From sequence record AP019418.1: DNA of 64,000 nucleotides. One strand, 5' to 3'. Positions 1 to 9,478 of the stretch are shown here, piece by piece. A program made the translations under genes and the position numbers. The notes below the pieces were generated by a model, which was given only the letters and a program-made list of their open reading frames with translations, did no database searches and had not been told where the DNA came from. How positions within the stretch are numbered: the first letter of the stretch is position 1; every line of letters starts with the position of its first letter.

Positions 1-1334
<1,334 letters not shown>

Positions 1335-1509
1335 TTAATCCTCATAATTAGAGCGCGATGGGTTTCCATCTATAAAATCAGTCTGTTCTAGTTGTGTTAA
1401 AATAAAAAGTCTGGTATTATGAGCTTTACGTAATACCCTTGTAACAGTCTATTGATAGAAATGCCAATACTGGCTTTTATGGGTAGGCATAGTACTAACA
1501 GAGGTCATC

Positions 1510-1800
1510 ATGCTCGGTTTGACTATTAAAGCCTTGCTCTTCGTTTGGCCATTCCTTAAGAGGGCTATCTTTGGTGATAGAACAATTAAGGAAGTGTTGC
1601 TGGAAAACAAACATGTCACGGCAATGTTAATCCTAGTTGTAATATTACTAGGTACCTTATTCATAGTGACTAGTGAGTTGAAGTCAGTTAAAGCAAGCAA
1701 CTGGGCCGTTAAAGCCGAAATGGATCGACTCAAGAAAATGACGCCTGAGAAGGCTGAAATGCTTGAGCGCCGCCGTCGTTTAAATGACTTGCTAAAGTAA
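1510..1800 (+). CDS. Small inner-membrane protein with TM helix and basic coiled-coil tail (i-spanin-like or holin-like)
   Basis: Hydrophobic AMLILVVILLGTLFIVT followed by a helical charged tail. GAGG RBS upstream. Confidence 0.7.
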   Translation: MLGLTIKALLFVWPFLKRAIFGDRTIKEVLLENKHVTAMLILVVILLGTLFIVTSELKSVKASNWAVKAEMDRLKKMTPEKAEMLERRRRLNDLLK

Positions 1801-1820
1801 GTACCAAATTGGTGGATCAC

Positions 1821-2222
1821 ATGTCAAGAAAGTTCTTTCTAATACTCCTACCACTTATCAGTGGCTGTGTTTATACGCCACATGAGTACCACACGCACAA
1901 CACGACTGTGGTCCAATATGAGCACTCCTCTTCTACAGATGATCATACATCTGTTGTTACAACTAAAGAAGAGGTAATACAAAAAGTTCTGCCTACACCT
2001 AAAAAATATAGTAAGGATACTAGTAAGAAGTGTATGGTTTTCGAACTACCAAGAAAGAAACCGGTACCGCCAACACCGATTATTACAGAGTTTATAGAAA
2101 CTCCGGAACAAATCGATATCTTGTTGACTGACTATATAAAAGAATTAAAGTCACATATTGTATCTGAGCGCGCTAAAATTGAGCAAGCATATGAAGAATG
2201 GCGTGCAAAGTGTGATGAGTAA
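1821..2222 (+). CDS. Putative lipoprotein (o-spanin-like)
   Basis: Likely start is ATG 1821: MSRKFFLILLPLISG|C, a signal peptide with lipobox. Pro-rich LPRKKPVPPTP and a helical C-terminus. Confidence 0.7.
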   Translation: MSRKFFLILLPLISGCVYTPHEYHTHNTTVVQYEHSSSTDDHTSVVTTKEEVIQKVLPTPKKYSKDTSKKCMVFELPRKKPVPPTPIITEFIETPEQIDILLTDYIKELKSHIVSERAKIEQAYEEWRAKCDE

Positions 2223-2277
2223 TTTACTTGCTAGAATTATTATCTAGTTTAGTAATCGATCACATGAGGAAACAATA

Positions 2278-3726
2278 ATGTCAGACGGTATGGTTTTATA
2301 CACTGACGGATCATTCCGACAGGGTAAAGCTGGTTGGGGTATTCATGGTTATACCTATGAAAATGTTGCAATGAAATCTAAAGCAGCCACCAAACAGCAA
2401 CCAACAGCTAAGGGATACTTAGATGTAGGTGCAGATGAGACATGCACTGTTTTAAATTATATTGATGCATTTGGTAGTGTAACTAATAACCCTACTAATA
2501 ATACAGGTGAGCTAACCGCTGCAATTGAGGCTTTCAAAATAGCTCATGAAGCAGATGCTCCTAGACTAACGATGCTCATGGATAGTGAATACGTTAGAAA
2601 AGGTATGACCGCATATTTACCCAAATGGATTAAGTCTAATTGGATTAAATCAGACGGCACGCCGGTAGCAAACCAGGACCTATGGAAACAGATGGTCGAA
2701 CTAAAAGCTAAATGGGAAGAAACTAATAAACCATTAAGCATCCAATGGGTCCGTGGACATAACGGAGACATTGGTAATGAAAAAGCTGATGCTAACGCTA
2801 AGCTTGGTTCGGGACAGAATAATGATAAGCCAGTGATGGTTTCGGTTAAAGGCGAGGAAATTAACAAACTTAAAAAACAAGTTGTTAATCCACTTATCCT
2901 CGAAAGTAGGTTACTCTTCGCCATTAACTCTGGAGAAGAACCAGATGGGTTCTATTACACCTATAACTTAGGTCGTATGCATAACTATGGTCATAAACCA
3001 AAAGACACTGCTAAAGATAAATTAGCTAAAGCTGATTTAATTTTAGGGCGTCGTATCTCTGAAGCAACCTTCAGTGTATATAAGGCAAATGAACCAGATG
3101 AGTATCTCCAGTTACTAATTAATATGCATACAGAAGCACTGGGTACTGAAAATCCAGAACTGGGTATCATCAATTTGGCAAACGCATATCGTGCAACCAT
3201 TCGACAGAAAATTGAATCCATGGGGCTACCTGCTCTAGTCGTATGGAAAGATATCAATGTTTTGTCGACGCCAACAGATGAACTCATTAGTCGGACTCTT
3301 AATCCACCACGTATGGCAAATGATGCTGTAGCTACATTTAATGTTATGCGCAGTCGTCTTGAAGATTACTTGGCTGGTAAACTTGGAGAGTCGGTTGGTA
3401 TTATTGATATTACCGAGCACTTCTTCGAGGAAGTCGCAAAGGGTAAGAAAGTTGGCTATCAACTACTTAAGACGATTACATCTAATACAGGCTTTGTAGA
3501 AGTTCCGATCACATTTAAAGATCGTAAGATAAAATTAAAGCTTGTATTAAATATCGATATTCCAAGTAGAAACCAATTAGCTCGTATTGGAGCTAATAAA
3601 GTTAAAATGGAAATTCTTGTAGTAGCTGAAGGCCCATATTCTTATTCATATTCAATTGTGTTCGTGACTGATGATGGTTCAGCTATTTATCAATCACCCT
3701 ATACACAATTTATTCTCCCAAAATAG
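2278..3726 (+). CDS. rnhA: Ribonuclease HI with long C-terminal extension (phiKZ gp155-like)
   Basis: RNase H motifs LYTDGS, NNTGELTA, MDSEYV and WVRGH..GNEKAD lie in the first ~190 aa. About 290 further residues are of unknown function. Confidence 0.9.
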   Translation: MSDGMVLYTDGSFRQGKAGWGIHGYTYENVAMKSKAATKQQPTAKGYLDVGADETCTVLNYIDAFGSVTNNPTNNTGELTAAIEAFKIAHEADAPRLTMLMDSEYVRKGMTAYLPKWIKSNWIKSDGTPVANQDLWKQMVELKAKWEETNKPLSIQWVRGHNGDIGNEKADANAKLGSGQNNDKPVMVSVKGEEINKLKKQVVNPLILESRLLFAINSGEEPDGFYYTYNLGRMHNYGHKPKDTAKDKLAKADLILGRRISEATFSVYKANEPDEYLQLLINMHTEALGTENPELGIINLANAYRATIRQKIESMGLPALVVWKDINVLSTPTDELISRTLNPPRMANDAVATFNVMRSRLEDYLAGKLGESVGIIDITEHFFEEVAKGKKVGYQLLKTITSNTGFVEVPITFKDRKIKLKLVLNIDIPSRNQLARIGANKVKMEILVVAEGPYSYSYSIVFVTDDGSAIYQSPYTQFILPK

Positions 3727-3736
3727 TGGGTATTCC

Positions 3737-4156
3737 ATGAACCTTATTAGCAGATTCAAAAAGTCGGTTAAGAATGGTTTCAGGGCAATTTGGATTAAGC
3801 TCTGGGACTATGCTGATCCCGAACTAAAGCGGATGTGCGTCATGGCGTCACTGTACTCCGTTATAGTACAGTGTAAGACAAATGAGTGTGAAAAGATCTC
3901 TCATTTGAATTCTAACATGAAACTAGTACGCGATGAAGCTGCCTTACGACTCCCTATTCATTATGGGCCGTACGTATGGAAAGGCGTGATAGCAATCGAT
4001 AAGATTGATAAAGCAGATCTAACCACTGATCAATTTTTCATGAGGCTTATTCGTAAGACTCCGTGTTGGATGAAATATGCTGATGATGCAACTTTTTTAA
4101 AGGATTTAAAAACCCTCTTTAAATTAAGTTTACATGAGAAGTGTATTCCAAATTGA
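3737..4156 (+). CDS. Hypothetical protein (gp154-like)
   Basis: Open frame after the RNase H stop. Likely start is ATG 3737 (MNLISRF); the track start at 3671 overlaps the upstream gene. Confidence 0.7.
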   Translation: MNLISRFKKSVKNGFRAIWIKLWDYADPELKRMCVMASLYSVIVQCKTNECEKISHLNSNMKLVRDEAALRLPIHYGPYVWKGVIAIDKIDKADLTTDQFFMRLIRKTPCWMKYADDATFLKDLKTLFKLSLHEKCIPN

Positions 4157-4165
4157 TTGGTACGA

Positions 4166-4199
4166 CATAATGCCCTCTCCTTTGGGAGAGGGCTTATGC
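4166..4199. terminator. Bidirectional intrinsic terminator
   Basis: GCCCTCTCC-TTTG-GGAGAGGGC between convergent genes, flanked by CATAA and TTATG. Confidence 0.85.
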
Positions 4200-4201
4200 T
4201 G

Positions 4202-5116
4202 TTATCCAATGATTTCACGAAGAATATCTTCAGTGGCTTTCATTGTGTTTGCAGTCTCAACAATCTTGGTAAAGAGTGTTGAATAACGTTCAACATGGTC
4301 TGCTGCCCATGTAACCCCTTCAATTAATGTCTGTAATAGCTCTGGAGAGGTGTCAGAGTTACTATCCTTAACATCCTCCATAAAGCTATCAATTAATTGA
4401 CTAAGCGCTTCTGAAGCACGTTTTACATCATTTGGACGAACCCGTGATAAAATGCTACGAATATCGTTCATTTTCTTTGTTGCGTCAACAAATGAATTTA
4501 ATGATGGGTAAAGCTTACCAAACTCAGCTGTACTTGACCGGTTGTCACTGTCATAGAAAGAAGCATCTTTAGCAAGATCATTGATCGATGCCATTGCAAA
4601 TGAATTAGCAAAGCCACGCTTATCCATTCGATCAGCACGCTGTTGTAGATAATATCCAAGTTGTGCTTTAACCGGGTCTAATACCGCTGGAATAATAGTG
4701 GCCATTTCCTTAGCTTCTGTTAATAGATAATCAACATAGTCTGGAATCTCACCATTAAAACCAACTGGTTGTGGCACGATTGTATTTGCTACTTCTAAAT
4801 AATCAATGTGTGAAACTAAATGGCGCATCTGCGCTGGATGGAACTCAGGAATAATTTGATTACTCCAGTTAGTCATCGACGTAAATGCATTACGAGCAGC
4901 GATAGCAAAATTAGCACCGCGTTTATTGATAATGTTAATAGCGTTTGTTGCGAAATTAGCTTCTTGAGAAATAGTCTCAGTAATATCTACAAGCTGTTGT
5001 TTTGGATCAACTTGTACTAAACTAATATCATCATTAACAATATTGTCAGATTCAATTAGATCCTGACAATCATTTTCTAGTGAAATACTTTTAGCGTATT
5101 TATGGATGTTAAACAT
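4202..5116 (-). CDS. Processed inner-head protein (phiKZ gp153-like)
   Basis: 304 aa. N-terminus MFNIHKYAKSISLE|N and ISQE|A match the S/A/G-x-E prohead-protease consensus. Confidence 0.7.
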   Translation of the reverse strand: MFNIHKYAKSISLENDCQDLIESDNIVNDDISLVQVDPKQQLVDITETISQEANFATNAINIINKRGANFAIAARNAFTSMTNWSNQIIPEFHPAQMRHLVSHIDYLEVANTIVPQPVGFNGEIPDYVDYLLTEAKEMATIIPAVLDPVKAQLGYYLQQRADRMDKRGFANSFAMASINDLAKDASFYDSDNRSSTAEFGKLYPSLNSFVDATKKMNDIRSILSRVRPNDVKRASEALSQLIDSFMEDVKDSNSDTSPELLQTLIEGVTWAADHVERYSTLFTKIVETANTMKATEDILREIIG

Positions 5117-5158
5117 GTCTTAATTTCCTTGCGCAAGGATTGTTGAATATGTAGACAT

Positions 5159-5166
5159 AAAATTAC
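5159..5166 (+). promoter_or_regulatory. Candidate middle-promoter element AAAATTAC upstream of uvsX
   Basis: The same octamer lies upstream of dnaB (44811-44818) and fits the reported phiKZ middle-promoter AAanntTAC pattern. Confidence 0.5.
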
Positions 5167-5213
5167 TCTCCAAATCAATTAATTGACTGTTTAACTTAAA
5201 AAATGGAGTCAAC

Positions 5214-6653
5214 ATGTTTGGTAAACATTTCGAACGTCCAGCTTTCCGACCGGCTCTTAACATCGGATGCCTTATGGACATTTCAACTGGTAAGTATGAA
5301 CAAGGTAAGCATGGTGAAATGATTCTAAATGGTGGTATGGGATCACTAACTGGTATTGCTTCACGACCTAACAATTTTAAAACTGCATTAGGTATCTACC
5401 TCATGGCAATGATGCGCCGTGCTTTCCCCGGTGCACATGCAATGACTTACGATACAGAAGGTACATTAAACCCAGGTGCTCGATTTACATCTTTAGCACA
5501 AGCTTATCCTGAGCTAGCTGCTATCGATTGGGAAAATGATGAGCAATACATGTTTACTGACTTATCTCGTTATACTGGGGATGAGTGGTTCAAAATCTTC
5601 CGCGATGCATTATCTGAAAAAGAAAAGGCTGAAAAAGATTATCTACGTACTACCCCATTTCTTGATGTGAATGGTAATAATAAGAAAGCACTGTACCCAA
5701 CTGGTGGATTCATTGATAGTTTCTCAAAGTTCATTGTCTCAGCTGTGTCTGAAATGTATGCTAAAAATGCTATCGGTGATTCTAAAGTAAACACTGATGC
5801 GATGACTAATGGTAAAGCCAAGAATCAGTTATTTAACCAACTGCCGCAGATCTGTGCTAAAACCAGTACATACATGATTCTCACTGCACACGTTGGAGAT
5901 ATTATTCAAATTGAGATGTACCCTACTGATAAACGTAATCTATCGCATATGAAGAAGGATACGGTTCTTAAAGGGGTATCAGGTGGTTTCTACTCTCTGC
6001 CGAATAATGTGTTTTCTATTGAATCTAATAAACCGTTAGTCAATAAAGAAAAAATGCCTTTATATCCAATTGACAATTCAACTGCTATTGAAGGCGATAC
6101 AGATCTACGTATTCTAGAAGTTATTAACTTACGTGGTAAAGGTGGAATTACTGGTCTACCATTCCATCTCATTGTTTCACAGACTGAAGGTATTCTTCCA
6201 TCACTATCGGAATTCCATTATTGCCGTGAAAATGATTGGGGGATTGGTGGTAATAACATTAACTACTTCGTTGAGCTATGTCCTGATATCAAACTAAGCC
6301 GAACCACTGTTCGTAAGAAATTGATGGATAACCCTGCTCTACAACGAGCTGTTGAAATCCAATCTGAAATGCTACAATTAATTCAATTCCAACGTTGGAA
6401 TCTTGGAGATTATGTAGTAACTCCAGCCGAACTATATGCTGATCTTAAAGTAATGGGTTATGATTGGAATATTATTCTTAATAATACCCGTGGCTATTGG
6501 ATGTTCGAAGAAGACGAACAATTTAGTGATAAAAAATTCCTATCCACGTATGACCTACTACGCATGCGTAAAAGTGAATATAAACCATACTGGATGACTG
6601 ACGAAGAAAAAGCTAAAATTGTACCTCTTGAACTAGCTAAAGCAAAAGCTTAA
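5214..6653 (+). CDS. uvsX: UvsX/RecA-like recombinase (phiKZ gp152)
   Basis: 479 aa. P-loop-like ASRPNNFKT, Walker B GGFIDSFS, ILTAH and LRGK; gene order matches phiKZ. Confidence 0.85.
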   Translation: MFGKHFERPAFRPALNIGCLMDISTGKYEQGKHGEMILNGGMGSLTGIASRPNNFKTALGIYLMAMMRRAFPGAHAMTYDTEGTLNPGARFTSLAQAYPELAAIDWENDEQYMFTDLSRYTGDEWFKIFRDALSEKEKAEKDYLRTTPFLDVNGNNKKALYPTGGFIDSFSKFIVSAVSEMYAKNAIGDSKVNTDAMTNGKAKNQLFNQLPQICAKTSTYMILTAHVGDIIQIEMYPTDKRNLSHMKKDTVLKGVSGGFYSLPNNVFSIESNKPLVNKEKMPLYPIDNSTAIEGDTDLRILEVINLRGKGGITGLPFHLIVSQTEGILPSLSEFHYCRENDWGIGGNNINYFVELCPDIKLSRTTVRKKLMDNPALQRAVEIQSEMLQLIQFQRWNLGDYVVTPAELYADLKVMGYDWNIILNNTRGYWMFEEDEQFSDKKFLSTYDLLRMRKSEYKPYWMTDEEKAKIVPLELAKAKA

Positions 6654-6684
6654 TGTTAGTATAGATGTTATCGCCAGTTTTAAA

Positions 6685-6715
6685 ATAACTAGGGGTCAAT
6701 AAGATCCCTAGTTAT
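6685..6715. terminator. Intrinsic terminator
   Basis: ATAACTAGGGGTC-AATAA-GATCCCTAGTTAT hairpin after uvsX. Confidence 0.7.
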
Positions 6716-6729
6716 GTCAGGTTTGGTAT

Positions 6730-7080
6730 ATGAATGTTTACACTTATCAGATAGCTAAATATAAGTTAGTTATAGAGAAAGGAATAAAACCGCTAGACAT
6801 AACTGTTAAATCAGGTGCATATCAACTCGCACCTACGTGGTTAATGGTTATGGGACATAAGAAAGGAATTATATCAAGTGATGAATACACTGAAGCATAT
6901 CTCAGTATGTTAGAGCAATCATTGATTGATAATCCAGAATTCTTTAAATGGTTCTTCCAATTAGAGGAAGTAGCATTAGGTTGTTATTGTCGCGCTGGTA
7001 ATTTCTGTCACCGGCATTTATTAGTAGAATGGCTTGAAACAAAAACAGAGGTCATTTACTGTGGTGAGATATCAAAGTAA
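6730..7080 (+). CDS. DUF488-like protein
   Basis: LAPTW...EY...YL...LGCYC...FCHRHLL pattern, as I recall for DUF488-type proteins. Confidence 0.6.
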   Translation: MNVYTYQIAKYKLVIEKGIKPLDITVKSGAYQLAPTWLMVMGHKKGIISSDEYTEAYLSMLEQSLIDNPEFFKWFFQLEEVALGCYCRAGNFCHRHLLVEWLETKTEVIYCGEISK

Positions 7081-7103
7081 AATAAAGACCCTAAGGAACT
7101 ATA

Positions 7104-7424
7104 ATGAAAACTACAGAAGATTATCGTTTAACACTTTGTCAACGTCTACGAATGTTTGATGTTGAACTATCAGAAGATCTATTACGTCGATTACCAGTGT
7201 GTACAGACGTACCCACTTTATCAGCTTGCTTTCAGCAACTATTAGCTCAATACCCTAGTCAGACATTGACAGCTAGAACCACCATTGATGATTCAGTCAC
7301 CTTTGAAGTATGGTATGCTAATTTTCTAGCCAACATATTACCAATTCTTAAGAGGCACAGGTTACCTCCATGTACTGACCAGAATTCAATACCTGTCTAT
7401 CAAGGGGTATCTCGCTCAAGCTAA
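7104..7424 (+). CDS. Hypothetical protein
   Basis: 106 aa, AAGGA RBS, part of the operon. Confidence 0.75.
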   Translation: MKTTEDYRLTLCQRLRMFDVELSEDLLRRLPVCTDVPTLSACFQQLLAQYPSQTLTARTTIDDSVTFEVWYANFLANILPILKRHRLPPCTDQNSIPVYQGVSRSS

Positions 7425-7456
7425 TGGTATGTTAAACAACCTTAAAGGAAATTACC

Positions 7457-8131
7457 ATGACTAAACGAGAATTGGTAGAAAAAGAATGCCTATGGATTAT
7501 TGACATGTTTCTACCTGGTAGTAGTAATGTTGATATCTATAAAGAAATGTTTGCACGAATGAATGATGAGGAATTTGAGGAGTGGATTAATAAGTTAGAT
7601 TCTGGTGAAGAGATGTTGGCATTATATGCTCCTAACTTATGCACTAAGCCTAAATTAACTATTAAGCAAAATTATAAAGTTGCTAAAGCGATTGGTCATA
7701 ATTTATTCCAACACATCATTTTAACTGATCCAGGTACTGGCCAGGTATATCGAACTGCTAATAAACATTTAGTTGGTTTAATACCAATCCGTCGTCAAGT
7801 ACAAATGCTTGAGAAAAAGAAAAGTATTCCAGGTTCTAGTCACGTGATTGACCAGAGGTCAGGGCAGGTAACTGGTGATTCTAAAGGATCCCGTATGTCT
7901 GCACCAGAGATTCAAGTTAACGCTTCAAAAGGTCTCCGTTATTCCATGATCGAATTCATGAAACTGCGTGGTGGCGACCAGAAGGCGTATAATGCAATGA
8001 ACCGCTCTATTATCGAAACTGGTAGTGCTTCTGTTGATTCCATCATGTCCACTTATGATACTACTGTGCAATCTAATAAAACATTTGCATGTTATCTAAA
8101 AGGCATGATGCTACAAAATAACTTGGTGTAA
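7457..8131 (+). CDS. gp149: Virion RNA polymerase subunit, beta C-terminal fragment (phiKZ gp149)
   Basis: 224 aa. GDSKGSRMSAPEIQVNASKG aligns by eye with the beta-subunit GGQRFGEME..AL..YG region; synteny with phiKZ. Confidence 0.8.
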   Translation: MTKRELVEKECLWIIDMFLPGSSNVDIYKEMFARMNDEEFEEWINKLDSGEEMLALYAPNLCTKPKLTIKQNYKVAKAIGHNLFQHIILTDPGTGQVYRTANKHLVGLIPIRRQVQMLEKKKSIPGSSHVIDQRSGQVTGDSKGSRMSAPEIQVNASKGLRYSMIEFMKLRGGDQKAYNAMNRSIIETGSASVDSIMSTYDTTVQSNKTFACYLKGMMLQNNLV

Positions 8132-8133
8132 TT

Positions 8134-8640
8134 ATGAATAATCGCCAGATTTATGAAGATATGTGCGAAGCTTTAATTGTATCTAATACTGAGTTAGTAA
8201 ATGGATACAGTGCTGAAATCATTGCGGATATTTTGGATTTACTAAATAACTGGAGTACCAATACTCATTGGTATCACATTGCTGATAAAACAGTTATTAG
8301 GGATATCTGGAATTTATTCCGTAATAAAGGTAATCGTCTTCAACCTATCTTAAGTTTAGTTAGTCGATTTAAGATGGCTGTTAATGATTGGGATGGTGTG
8401 GTGAAATTACTAGCTGATTCTATTTATCCTTATCAGCCTAATTCAACTATTGTTGACCAAGAAATGTTAGCGCGATTAATTCCACGAAAAGAATTAACTG
8501 ACATTTTATACCAAAATGATTGGTTAGTTTGGATTATTTGCCAATGTTTAAATATCCGTTATATTACTAATATGGTTGAATCTATCCCAGTTCAAGCTAA
8601 GCCATCTAAAAAGAAGGCGGTAAATAATAATGTTTCGTAA
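8134..8640 (+). CDS. Hypothetical protein (gp148-like)
   Basis: 168 aa, tightly coupled to both neighbours. Confidence 0.75.
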   Translation: MNNRQIYEDMCEALIVSNTELVNGYSAEIIADILDLLNNWSTNTHWYHIADKTVIRDIWNLFRNKGNRLQPILSLVSRFKMAVNDWDGVVKLLADSIYPYQPNSTIVDQEMLARLIPRKELTDILYQNDWLVWIICQCLNIRYITNMVESIPVQAKPSKKKAVNNNVS

Positions 8641-9346
8641 AATCTTAATTGATCTTGACTCACTATTAGATACACGGTTAGGAACCATTAGGTTACTAAA
8701 TAAAGATGCAGCTAATAAGCTTGTTACCAATGGTCAAATTTACTGGCATAGGGAAATGGATGATTGGACTAAACTAACAGATGGTTTAGTAACTAATGAA
8801 CAATTTGTCGAAGCTTATTCTAAACGTGGTGGTGAAAATACTGCTGACACTATCAATAGTTCTATATTCACTGGTATCATTCCATTTATTATTCAATTAA
8901 TAGCCCAATCAGATTTGAATAGATTAGATGGTATAGTTAATGCTAATTTTGAAACATGTCTTGAAGTCAATATCTGGCCATATGAATTGACACCAGATGC
9001 TCAAGATGAATTACTATACTGCTTACATAAGTACATTGGTGATCATATTCAGATCACCCTGATTAATACTCCATTAACAGACCTTACTTGTTCTAGATTA
9101 AACTCTATCTATTCAATGGCGATTATGTATAATTTTGGAGAATGGTGTAAAACCCATGTTCTTGAATTAGGACAAGTGTTGATGCCTGACTTTACTATTA
9201 TTGGTCCAAAGCTATTTGAGAAAGATGTAAGTGAATTAGCTGTTGAAGATAAACAGTTTATTATCATGGATTTCCAGTTAAAGCATAAACTTAATATCGA
9301 CTTTGATTTCATCGATGCTGAATACTTTTCCATGTTTAAGCCATGA
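8630..9346 (+). CDS. Hypothetical protein, possible HAD-fold phosphatase
   Basis: N-terminal ILIDLDSLLDT resembles HAD motif I (DxD). The other HAD motifs were not identified. Confidence 0.6.
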   Translation: MFRKILIDLDSLLDTRLGTIRLLNKDAANKLVTNGQIYWHREMDDWTKLTDGLVTNEQFVEAYSKRGGENTADTINSSIFTGIIPFIIQLIAQSDLNRLDGIVNANFETCLEVNIWPYELTPDAQDELLYCLHKYIGDHIQITLINTPLTDLTCSRLNSIYSMAIMYNFGEWCKTHVLELGQVLMPDFTIIGPKLFEKDVSELAVEDKQFIIMDFQLKHKLNIDFDFIDAEYFSMFKP

Positions 9347-9352
9347 TACCCA

Positions 9353-9379
9353 ATAGAAAGCCCTATTAGGGCTTTCTAT
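9353..9379 (+). terminator. Intrinsic terminator
   Basis: ATAGAAAGCCC-TATTA-GGGCTTTCTAT immediately after the stop codon. Confidence 0.8.
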
Positions 9380-9444
9380 GCTTTTTTTAGATATAACTGG
9401 TATGACGGCATGGTTAACAATGAATCAACCTTAAAAGACAAAAT

Positions 9445-9472
9445 AAAGCCCTCCCCGAAGGGAGGGCAATAT
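9445..9472 (-). terminator. Intrinsic terminator of the fibre operon
   Basis: GCCCTCCC-CGAA-GGGAGGGC with an A-run on its left side. Confidence 0.85.
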
Positions 9473-9478
9473 GTCGTT

